Positions 9,577-17,761 of a DNA stretch of 28,626 nt are shown here, in pieces. Origin of the DNA: Pseudomonadota bacterium. GTDB taxonomy: Bacteria > Bdellovibrionota_B > Oligoflexia > Oligoflexales > CAIMVM01. Every line of letters starts with the position of its first letter. Position 1 is the first letter of the stretch. Both the position numbers and the translations under genes were made by a program. The notes under the pieces are model-generated. The model did not search any database and was not told the origin of the DNA. It was given only the letters and a program-made list of their open reading frames with translations. The stretch spans positions 1 through 28,626 of the forward strand of contig JBAXBA010000043.1 of assembly GCA_037142195.1 (NCBI GenBank), in the 5' to 3' direction.

Positions 9577-10221
9577 ATGTCAGAGTCAGAGCAGGAAGTC
9601 GCAGTCGACAATATAGGGCAAATTCTTTTGGGAAGTGTGAATCCTGAATTGATTTCTAATGAGGTCAAAGTTTTGCCGCAAACAGAAAAAGGCATGCAAA
9701 AATATTTGGCGATAACCTTCGTTCTTTTGTTTGTTACGGCTTTTGCGTATTGTTTCTTCGATTTTTCCAAGATTCCTATAGGTGCTTCAATCCCTTTAAA
9801 TAGATCTAGCGAAATTTCTCTCAAGGTTCCGGATTCCGTGAGATTTATCGAACCTACTTCTGGGAAGGTAATACAGGATTGGGGGACTTACAGCGCTAGG
9901 TTCCAAGTCGAGTACACAAGTAGTTTTCGCTCTGTGGGATGGGTCGGCTTTGTCTCTGATCAAGGCCAAACTATGCTGGATTTGGTGACCATTGGATCAT
10001 CCATGGCAACTTTTGATAAAGGTCTTGCCAAAACTTTCCCAGTTCTGATGACAAAGCCGAATTTGAAAGACGGATATCATATGGTGATCGTTCTTTGCAC
10101 TGAGGCTTTAAGCCTTGACAGTCGTCCTAAGTTTCATGAAGTAGAGGCATTTATGAGGATCAGCTCCATGGGCGGAAGGCTTCCACGGTCCGACTGTTCG
10201 GCTATCAATTTTAGAATTTAA
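9577..10221 (+). CDS. hypothetical single-pass membrane protein
   Basis: 214-aa ORF with AGAAGG RBS, one TM helix (YLAITFVLLFVTAFAYCFF) and a beta-rich C-terminal domain with two Cys. Confidence 0.7.
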   Translation: MSESEQEVAVDNIGQILLGSVNPELISNEVKVLPQTEKGMQKYLAITFVLLFVTAFAYCFFDFSKIPIGASIPLNRSSEISLKVPDSVRFIEPTSGKVIQDWGTYSARFQVEYTSSFRSVGWVGFVSDQGQTMLDLVTIGSSMATFDKGLAKTFPVLMTKPNLKDGYHMVIVLCTEALSLDSRPKFHEVEAFMRISSMGGRLPRSDCSAINFRI

Positions 10222-10284
10222 TTATTAAAGAGAAACTCCTCTTCTGCTGAAGTGAAGAAAGTTTTCCTTAAGGTAAGTCGACCT

Positions 10285-10758
10285 ATGCGCAAAAAAACGA
10301 GTGCCCGAGTTGAGCGGATTCTTTCACTCCTTGATCCTAAATTAAGGACCTTCGATCTATGTTCTGATCTAGGCCTAATAGGAAGGGAAGCATTAATGCA
10401 AGACAAAGTACAGCACGTGACTTTTGTAGAGATCAAACCTCATTTAATTGAAGACACCAAAGAAAGGATTGCAAATCTTAGTGTGATGGAACGTGCAAGC
10501 TTTATTCAGGCCGATGTGCTGCAATATTCCTTTCCTGAAGAAGCTTCAAATTTTATCATAGCAGGAGTCGGGACGAATCTGATCATATCTTTTTTGAGCA
10601 ATTTTAGGCGAAAAAGCGGAGATGTGATTGTTTGTCATACCCATCAAAATATCGCACGCTTTGAACGTAAGCTTTTAGAATTGTCATGGATTCCAACCGG
10701 AACTTTCGATGTGAAAGTCGGCAATCGTGACGAAAGAATTTGGGTCTTTAGGCCTTAA
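10285..10758 (+). CDS. TrmK-like SAM-dependent methyltransferase (tRNA m1A22 family, short form)
   Basis: S-x-R...I start, FDLCSDLGLIG (motif I variant), VTFVEI and IIAGVGTNLI (TrmK IAGMGG-like). Confidence 0.7.
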   Translation: MRKKTSARVERILSLLDPKLRTFDLCSDLGLIGREALMQDKVQHVTFVEIKPHLIEDTKERIANLSVMERASFIQADVLQYSFPEEASNFIIAGVGTNLIISFLSNFRRKSGDVIVCHTHQNIARFERKLLELSWIPTGTFDVKVGNRDERIWVFRP

Positions 10759-11683
10759 GCCTATAACTTTAGACCTGTTCCGACTCAGTTTCCGATTTAA
10801 AGTGCTGTGTGAGGAATGGTACATGCCTCCAAATACTGGCGTCCATTATGACTATCAACACCTAAAAAGTCTTTAGAAATGCAGACTCCAAGCAATAAAG
10901 ATCCCTTGACCAAATCTTAGTAGGGCTGCTGCCATGAGGCAAAAATCCGAGAGGGTTCCTATTTGGAATGGGTCCGTAATGCTTTGTAGGAATTTTTCTT
11001 TGGGGTCTTGTCGTCATTGGGCTCGCCGAGCTAGTTTTCTACCCATTAGGCAATTCTTCTAATGCCGTGTTAAGGATTGCTTCCTATTGTTTCGACAATT
11101 AATTTATCACTTCTTAGTAAGGTCCCTTGGGACCTAGTTTAGGTCTAATTTTCTTTGAAAATTTGCGAGTATTTTCTTGCTAATGGAGTTCCATGGAAGG
11201 CCTGTAAAGTCGAAGGTGCGATGACGATCGCTGACTTTCCGGTCCGCTTCGTCACAACCACCAAAGTACAAACACCCATGACAAGTCGTTTCTTGCGCTG
11301 AGAGGTCGAAAATTTCTATTAACGTTTAGCCACGATTAACAGCTGTTGACTAGGAATCGAGACCTGAGCAACCAAATCATAAGGACCTAAAGCCCCTAAA
11401 ATCATAATTGACAGCCATATTGCATCTAAAAATTCAGTTCCGATTTCAATCCTAAGTGTGTTTCATAAGTGTGATTCTAACGAGAATTAATTTTTTTGGC
11501 AGATTGTCAGGAATGATTTATCAGTAGAATATAAAGCATTTTTTGCAACAGAACCTAAAAGTCAAAATGGGATTGCTTTCTTTAAGAATGGCGCTCTGAC
11601 GTATGGATGTTTATTTGAGATTAGACAGAACCATGTATCGGGTTAAATAAATGGTCCGCTCGAAAAGACATCAAAAAATTGGG

Positions 11684-12532
11684 TTAAAATTCGGAAGGCC
11701 GGAATGCTGATGTGGGAACGATCTCCTCAGCAGATCCAGGCGGAGTCCAAAAGAGCTGAAGCGCAATTTGATTTGCCGGTCCTTGAAAATAAACAACTTT
11801 AAGCTCATGGATTCCCTGTGTGAGTTGGACAGTACCGTCCTTGCTTGAAGGAGAATGTTGCCCGTCATGATCAATGACAACCTGATTGTCGATAGTCAGA
11901 ATGGACCCATCGTCTGAAAGAACTCGGAACTTATAGCTACCGCTAGTTGGGATCATCAATTTTGCTCGAGCATCAATTCCGAACCATTCAAATAAATTTG
12001 GAATCCCAGGAAAACCATCGGTGAAAATGCGCTCCGGGACATCGAATGCTGTCATACAAATTTTTGTTCTGTACATGGTTTGGTCCCAGGCTTTTTCTGC
12101 GATGCTGGCTGCGCCCTTGCGCAGCTCATAGACTTTAGCGACTATGGGTTGCGTTGCAGAAGCCATTCCATTTGCCGCGCAGGGCTGGAACGGTTCTTTG
12201 GAAATGGATTTTGTGGCAGGATTTGGTTCGCTAGCTGTGCCCGCTACTGACGTTGCTGAAGAACTAGAGGCAGGAGCATTGCCGCCGATTGAGTTCTCTG
12301 CAGTGGAGTCACCATTTTGAGAAGTGGTTTGACCTGTAGTTGGTGTCGTGGTTGTTTTTTTTGGTACTGCATTTTGATGGAAGGAAGAAGAGTTGGAACA
12401 ACCTTGAAAAGTAAAGAAAGTAAAGAAGAGCACTGAACCGATAGTTGTGGACCAAATCTTGCTCAGGTTATTTTTCTTTGCCAAGGTGAAGGCATCTTGG
12501 CGTAATTGCATAAGAGTTTTTTGAGCTTTCAT
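11684..12532 (-). CDS. PA14-domain lipoprotein
   Basis: Lipobox FQGC, a T/S-rich linker, and C-terminal PA14 motifs GSYKFRVLSDDGS, IDHDGQH, GIHELKVVYFQ and LQLFWTPPG. AGGAG RBS precedes ATG 12532. Confidence 0.88.
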   Translation of the reverse strand: MKAQKTLMQLRQDAFTLAKKNNLSKIWSTTIGSVLFFTFFTFQGCSNSSSFHQNAVPKKTTTTPTTGQTTSQNGDSTAENSIGGNAPASSSSATSVAGTASEPNPATKSISKEPFQPCAANGMASATQPIVAKVYELRKGAASIAEKAWDQTMYRTKICMTAFDVPERIFTDGFPGIPNLFEWFGIDARAKLMIPTSGSYKFRVLSDDGSILTIDNQVVIDHDGQHSPSSKDGTVQLTQGIHELKVVYFQGPANQIALQLFWTPPGSAEEIVPTSAFRPSEF

Positions 12533-12568
12533 TAAAATACTCCTTTTAACTACGATCATCTAACCTTC

Positions 12569-12596
12569 TTTTCGGTAGGTCCTTTCAGAATCTTTA
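12569..12596 (-). promoter_or_regulatory. candidate sigma28/FliA promoter
   Basis: TAAA-N16-ACCGAAAA upstream of the PA14 lipoprotein RBS. Confidence 0.45.
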
Positions 12597-12670
12597 AGTT
12601 TTTCGAAGATTAGGGCTAATTCGGTTTAATAACAGATTGTTACCACACGCCGATTCGAGATTTTGTTTCA

Positions 12671-12734
12671 AAAGCGCACGAAATTTAGCACGAAATTTAC
12701 AAAGCGCACGAAATTTACATAGCGCACGAAATTT
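12671..12734. repeat. short direct-repeat array, 4 x GCACGAAATTT (unit about 18 bp)
   Basis: Core starts at 12676, 12688, 12706 and 12724 (spacing 12, 18, 18). Full unit is AAAGCGCACGAAATTTAC. Confidence 0.9.
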
Positions 12735-13094
12735 CACATGCCTCTTAGAGCGACTTTTACACATCCATGGCATTAAGGATTCTTTTCACCTGGCTCCTTT
12801 GAGGACCTAGAGTAAAGGATGTGTATCAAAGATGGCTGATAATGTTGTTACCGGTGGAGCTCTATTAGAAACTTAACTTTCGATGGCTTTGACCAAAGAG
12901 CCATTTCATGCCTGCAAAAATGCAATTACAACTTTTCTGACTTTTGATCGGTGAAAATATATCTAAGCATTAGAAGATGAGCAATTCAGGAAAAAAGCTT
13001 GCTTTTCTGACCAGGCGAACTATCAGGGGCGCTCTTTTACTTCGGAGAAGAAATCTCTTATAATATTCGGAAAAGCAAATAAAGGCACCAAACC

Positions 13095-13937
13095 ATGAAT
13101 CAGATATCTATTCTCTCGTTTTCTTTGTTGCTAGGCTCCGTGTCGTGCGCCCCCGGTCGGTATAAAAGCGACTCCGAAGGGAAAGATTTAACCAATATTG
13201 CCTCCCTGCAAGCCGATGGCACCGGTACATTTGTGGTCACTTGCAAGGATGGTCATATTGAGCGCAGTGTAACGAGCGAGGCGATAAAAGAGGAAAATGT
13301 TTGTATTTCTATTGCAAAACCGACGCCAGGGCCAACGCCAACGGGGCCCTTAACCCAAGTAAACCCCATGGCATTCAATGCTTTCAATATCTGGCGCGAG
13401 GGACAGGGAGCGGAGATTTTGGATTATCCTGAGCTCTACGGATCTCTTGAGGGAACAATAGCTCCCGACGGAGTGTTTTATGTAGCCCCAAGTGAATTCG
13501 TGAAGAAAGTTGGCAATCTTGAGACCTTTATCGGAGTTCCTACAGAGGGAGCTAAAGTTGAAGGCGATGTGCTTGAATACCCTGTTCGTGGCAGCAAACA
13601 ACTCTGGTTAAAATTTACAAGCTACAACATAAAAGTCATTGATCAATTGTACGCAGTCGAAACCTGCAAAGAGAGGGGCCTTCGTTTGCCAACCATTCGC
13701 GAGACCTTCGATTTTTGTGCAGCAGGAGTCACGAAGCCAAATTATGGACCGAATTTCCAACCCAAATATCCCATAGACGGGCGATGCGCAAAGACTTCCC
13801 CACGTTCTGCTTCGGTATTCTCTGACAACCGAAGCGGTGCATGGATTTTTAGTGGCATAGATGGAAATGTCTTTTTCTACCCCCGTAAACTCAAAGGCGG
13901 TTTATTATGGTGCGTAGGCGCGCCACTTCCAAATTAA
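13095..13937 (+). CDS. lipoprotein with C-terminal DUF1566/Lcl-like C-type-lectin-fold domain
   Basis: Lipobox SVSC, a PT linker, then A...C...GLRLPTIRE, SAS......AWIF....G and a terminal WCVG. Confidence 0.7.
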   Translation: MNQISILSFSLLLGSVSCAPGRYKSDSEGKDLTNIASLQADGTGTFVVTCKDGHIERSVTSEAIKEENVCISIAKPTPGPTPTGPLTQVNPMAFNAFNIWREGQGAEILDYPELYGSLEGTIAPDGVFYVAPSEFVKKVGNLETFIGVPTEGAKVEGDVLEYPVRGSKQLWLKFTSYNIKVIDQLYAVETCKERGLRLPTIRETFDFCAAGVTKPNYGPNFQPKYPIDGRCAKTSPRSASVFSDNRSGAWIFSGIDGNVFFYPRKLKGGLLWCVGAPLPN

Positions 13938-14286
13938 AATTAGTAGCGTTATTTTCTTGGGGTAAACTTCATTCGGCTTCAAGTGTGGCTTTACCATGGA
14001 GCGCACTCTTGCAGCCGCTTCCTCAGATTTAAAATGAAGCGGATCAAAATAGGGAGCTTGTGCAACTTTTTGAAGAACGGAACATGCGATATGTTTATTG
14101 TAAAAAGTCTGAACTGGGCGCACGTAAGTAAAGGGGAGGTGGCATAGCTTGCCATATCCTCCTGAGTTTCTAGATTCACATTCACCCACGCATGCATTTT
14201 CAGAATCAAATTCTAAATGAGATTGTCTCATGAATTCATGTTTGGTTTGCGAAAATTAAGGTAGATTAAAAAATCAACAGCAAAAG

Positions 14287-14631
14287 TTAAAAATCAACAT
14301 TTAAGGTTTTAGGTAACGACTTAATCTTTAATTCTTTTTCAATCTCTTTACTAAAATAACATGTAGCGCTAGGTTTAAAGAAATTCAGGACTCGCTCAGA
14401 ATCAGATCTTTCATCGAAAATCGAAATAAAAATAACATTTCCTTTGAAATCTTGTTTCAAATGGTCCTTGCAGCTAGAGCACCACGATGCAAAGAAAATG
14501 ACTTCTGTAGGACCTTTCCCTTTTTGCCACTCTTTGACATTGGACCAGCTTGCTTCCTTGCATTCATTGGAAAAAGCATTAGAACTTACAATCAACCCGA
14601 TTAATATTTTAGATATAAGTTTCACGTACAT
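14287..14631 (-). CDS. exported thioredoxin-fold (TlpA-like) protein
   Basis: Signal peptide ending NAFS, active-site FFASWCSSC and a cis-Pro-like SLP. Starts 2 nt after the upstream stop. Confidence 0.8.
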   Translation of the reverse strand: MYVKLISKILIGLIVSSNAFSNECKEASWSNVKEWQKGKGPTEVIFFASWCSSCKDHLKQDFKGNVIFISIFDERSDSERVLNFFKPSATCYFSKEIEKELKIKSLPKTLNVDF

Positions 14632-14633
14632 TC

Positions 14634-15506
14634 CTAAAATGAGTGGATATAGGCTAAGGTGAGATTCCTAGAAGAATAAGTGTTGTAATTTCTTCCTATG
14701 GTCCCGATCTCAGAATAGCTAAGTCTGGCTAGGTCCATTTCCGTTACCATGGATTCTACAGTTAAAAAAAATGAACTTGTTAAGCCATTGGGCTGATCTG
14801 TGCCATCTTCTACTTTGACCTTTCCTCTATTTTCAGTTGTTGTGCCAATGACCCATTTGACAAAAAAAGGCTGCAAATAGGAAAGTGATGCTGTGGTTCT
14901 CAAAATTAAGTTTGGACTGTATCTTAGTCCGTTTATACTTCTTGCCAGCGGTTGAACTAAAGAGAGTGCCATTCCAGGTTTTACCGTCCACTGACCCCAC
15001 CAAACATCTATTCCCGTCTTTATTTCAGAAAAACCGTTACCAAAAACATCGAGCAAATAGGGGTCTTTCGATGATTTGGTGCTTTGGGATGTAGAATGTT
15101 TGTACCCAAAAAGGGCCTGTATTTGCGGACTCCATTCATTTTCGATCGATAGCATGGCAAGTGAGTATCGGCCGGCGAAGGAGGTGTCTCCAAATCCCTG
15201 TTTATGAAGATTTCCACGACGGTTTTCAATATAGGATTTGGTTATGGTCGCAAAAGACCTACGTGAAATAGCGGCTCCCAAAGAGGCAGTTGTAGTCCAT
15301 TTGCATTGTGTTCCCCCCGAAGATCTGTAGTCACCGTGGGAGTCTATATTAGAATATCCCTGGCCATTAGATTCTTGTAACAGCATCTTAAAGGAATCGT
15401 TTGGGTAGAGCACAAGTGGGTCGTCTCCGGATGAGCCACAAGATGCGCATGCGAAAGCTTGGTGAGCGCTCGCCATAAAAAGTAAAAAAAGCAATCTTAG
15501 AATCAC
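14634..15506 (-). CDS. outer-membrane beta-barrel with N-terminal CxxC (putative transporter)
   Basis: Signal peptide ending AFA then CASCG, a GFGD motif, alternating beta-strand pattern, and C-terminal beta-signal LTLAYIHSF. The GTG start overlaps the upstream TAG. Confidence 0.72.
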   Translation of the reverse strand: MILRLLFLLFMASAHQAFACASCGSSGDDPLVLYPNDSFKMLLQESNGQGYSNIDSHGDYRSSGGTQCKWTTTASLGAAISRRSFATITKSYIENRRGNLHKQGFGDTSFAGRYSLAMLSIENEWSPQIQALFGYKHSTSQSTKSSKDPYLLDVFGNGFSEIKTGIDVWWGQWTVKPGMALSLVQPLARSINGLRYSPNLILRTTASLSYLQPFFVKWVIGTTTENRGKVKVEDGTDQPNGLTSSFFLTVESMVTEMDLARLSYSEIGTIGRNYNTYSSRNLTLAYIHSF

Positions 15507-15928
15507 TAGGGCACCTCTACTTTAATGGTGACTTGATCGCTAACCCCGTTAAGTTTTGCGGATATAGAAATTTCCCAAGGGCCTCCCATATTGAACCAAA
15601 TCCCCTTCACTTTAACCCGATCTTTGATCTGAGTCGAAGGCTCGAAGGCTAGGTTTGAGGTGTCCGTTCCATGTCCCATAGAAGGCATGGTCGGCTTAAA
15701 CGATTCCAAAGAAACCGAGTCTAAAATCGCACCATTATTAGGTTCCATGATGAAATCAGCGGTAAGAGACTCCACGGATTTTATCTTCCCATCAAATACA
15801 AGTTTTGCTTTGTAGGTTTGATTTTGAGAGGTGTAGAATATTGCTTCTACGGCACTATCGGGAGATGTTTTATTGTCTCCGCAACTGGCTAAGGTTAACC
15901 AGAAAATAACTCCTAAAATAGACTTCAT
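15506..15928 (-). CDS. YtkA/FixH-like lipoprotein
   Basis: Lipobox LASC, MPSMGHG and FNMGGPWEI motifs, GAGGA RBS. Confidence 0.8.
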   Translation of the reverse strand: MKSILGVIFWLTLASCGDNKTSPDSAVEAIFYTSQNQTYKAKLVFDGKIKSVESLTADFIMEPNNGAILDSVSLESFKPTMPSMGHGTDTSNLAFEPSTQIKDRVKVKGIWFNMGGPWEISISAKLNGVSDQVTIKVEVP

Positions 15929-15996
15929 GGATATCCTCGCAGTTTAAAAGTGTCCATAAGCATTAGGTCGATCCCTGTGGGGAGTTCATCGATTCA

Positions 15997-16863
15997 TCAT
16001 ACCACGAAATCCCATAAGTTCTGTTCCAATGAGCTCCTAACCCAGCGGTGAATATTCTTTTCAGCTAATATCCTCTCATCGGGTGTCAGTTTAACGCTGA
16101 AGTTATCGACAGCTTGAGCAAGGGAATTTCCATTCAATTGGGAAAGGAAATCACCACGCAAAGCGTCAATCAATATCCAGTCTACGGCGGGACCTTGAGA
16201 TTTCATAAGGATGTAGCTAGTAGGTGATCTTTTTGCTGGTACTTTTTTAGAGATTTTAAGATCTTCATGGGGTGATCGCCCATGATCTAAAATGGACTTA
16301 ATCTCAATTCTAAGATTCCAAAGTCCAAAGGAGTCCTGGAGGATTCGAAATTTGTCTTTGAGTTTGAAAACAGTATGTTCAGAAGGTACTATTGTCAGTC
16401 TTTCAGATTCTATTGATTGAATTCTAAAGAGGTCATGCCAAGCTAGATCTAGGTTTAAAGACTGCTCGAGCAACAAGTGTCTTTCGGACTTAAAGTTAAG
16501 ATCGATGTGTTCTTTTAATCCAGTAAAAAAGCTTTCCGGGATATGACCAAGGTCTCTAAAGCTTGAGGTTTCATTAGAAAAATGTTTTACTGCAAACTTA
16601 TTGAATTCCCAAAGTCCAAGCAGGTTTGCGAATAAAGGTAGAGACGATTGTAAATTGCTTAAGTGTTTGTACCAAAAATTGCGGCTATAGGTTTCGATGC
16701 CTAAAAGAGAATAATGATTTTTTTTTGACTCTTGGTTCAAGATCCTTTGAAACTCGGTGACGTCAGTCACAAGGGATTTGTTTTTCTCTATAAGGGGTGT
16801 AAAAATCAAACGAGACAATAGACTTTGAAAAGATTCTAAATCAAAAAAGACACTAGGCGTCAT
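15997..16863 (-). CDS. DUF2063-family MNIO partner protein (BufC/HvfC-like peptide modification chaperone)
   Basis: GIETYSRNFWYKHLSNLQSSLP....LLG..EF pattern and LDLAW. ATGA overlap with the DUF692 gene. Confidence 0.8.
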   Translation of the reverse strand: MTPSVFFDLESFQSLLSRLIFTPLIEKNKSLVTDVTEFQRILNQESKKNHYSLLGIETYSRNFWYKHLSNLQSSLPLFANLLGLWEFNKFAVKHFSNETSSFRDLGHIPESFFTGLKEHIDLNFKSERHLLLEQSLNLDLAWHDLFRIQSIESERLTIVPSEHTVFKLKDKFRILQDSFGLWNLRIEIKSILDHGRSPHEDLKISKKVPAKRSPTSYILMKSQGPAVDWILIDALRGDFLSQLNGNSLAQAVDNFSVKLTPDERILAEKNIHRWVRSSLEQNLWDFVV

Positions 16864-17699
16864 TTGGATACCTCTATATTATTTCTGAGGCTCTTTGCTT
16901 TCTCTGCCTCCATGTAAACAGTTTCCAAATCTGGGATGTTTTCATCCCATTCAATTAGAGTAGGGAATGGGCCACCCTTTTGTAGGGCGTAGCCATATAA
17001 ATTCCAAACACTATCGGATACAGATCTGTCGTGGGTGTCGACGATCAAATTAGGGTTGGAAGGGTCGTGCCCAGCCAAGTGAACTTGAGAAACTCTAGTA
17101 AAGTCGATCCTGTCGATATATTCTCGGGGATTAAAGTCATGGTTGACGGATGAAACGTAAATATTATTTAAATCTAGGAGATACATGCAGTCTGACTTCT
17201 CAATAATCGTGGAATAGAATTCCCACTCAGGCATATCCGATTCCCTAAAGGTTAGGTAGCTTGAAAGGTTTTCAATAGCAAAGGGTCTTCCTACATAGTC
17301 TTGAACAAATTTGGCTCTATCGACAGTTCTTTGAATCAAGTCCTTTCGAAATGGGGTAGGTAATAAGTCGTGATGAAATCTATTTTCCCGCTGACTCCAG
17401 CAAAGGTGATCTGAAAAAAAAGGGGTGTCAAGGTAGTCTGAAAGTAGTTTAAGTCTTTTTAAATAGTTCAAATCAAGATCTTCAGAACCAAGAAGATTCA
17501 AAGAAACCCCATGGAGTACTATGGGGTACTCCATGCGTAGCTTGCTGAGATAGTGGTTTTGGATGGGCTGATCGAACATAAAGTTTTCAGAAATGATTTC
17601 TAAGTAATCAAATTGATGGTTTTGTAGAAGATTCTCGTAAAACTTTGGCCTTAGTCCTACTCCCATGGAGCCCTGTGGAAGTCTCTTTTGACGCGCCAT
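16860..17699 (-). CDS. DUF692-family multinuclear non-haem iron oxidase (MNIO; BufB/HvfB-like RiPP maturase)
   Basis: Motifs GVGLR, EIISENFM, HGVSLNL, SDHLCW, HDLLP, IENLSSY, LLDLNNIYVSSVNH, QVHLAGH, DTH and TLIEWD. AGAAGG RBS precedes ATG 17699. Confidence 0.95.
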   Translation of the reverse strand: MARQKRLPQGSMGVGLRPKFYENLLQNHQFDYLEIISENFMFDQPIQNHYLSKLRMEYPIVLHGVSLNLLGSEDLDLNYLKRLKLLSDYLDTPFFSDHLCWSQRENRFHHDLLPTPFRKDLIQRTVDRAKFVQDYVGRPFAIENLSSYLTFRESDMPEWEFYSTIIEKSDCMYLLDLNNIYVSSVNHDFNPREYIDRIDFTRVSQVHLAGHDPSNPNLIVDTHDRSVSDSVWNLYGYALQKGGPFPTLIEWDENIPDLETVYMEAEKAKSLRNNIEVSK

Positions 17700-17761
17700 G
17701 CTCAACCTTCTTAACTTTCAAATCCAAAAACTCAATCTACTTAGGATCTATTTCCAAAATA

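Noticed and set aside
10823..10876. GAGGA plus ATG opening a 17-codon ORF (MPPNTGVHYDYQHLKSL)
   Set aside because: Too short and has no recognisable motif; it could be chance or a pseudogene start.
12671..12734. Repeat array as a CRISPR or plasmid iteron origin
   Set aside because: The repeats are too short, lack unique spacers, and have no cas or rep gene nearby.
13905..14231. Two overlapping minus-strand ORFs (108 aa and 72 aa) downstream of the MNIO operon, as a seventh gene or second precursor
   Set aside because: Neither has a signal peptide, a clear RBS or the C-x3-N-x-C-x-G motif, and the longer one overlaps the lipoprotein's 3' end.
14229..14299. Palindrome CATGAATTCATG and near-duplicate TTAAAAA(A)TCAACA at the operon end, as an island boundary or target-site duplication
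   Set aside because: The sequences are short and AT-rich, no matching copy was seen at the alaS end, and there is no integrase or transposase.
15997..16863. DUF2063 protein as a transcription factor (legacy 'putative DNA-binding domain' label)
   Set aside because: The ATGA coupling to DUF692 fits the established role of this family as the MNIO partner that recognises the precursor.
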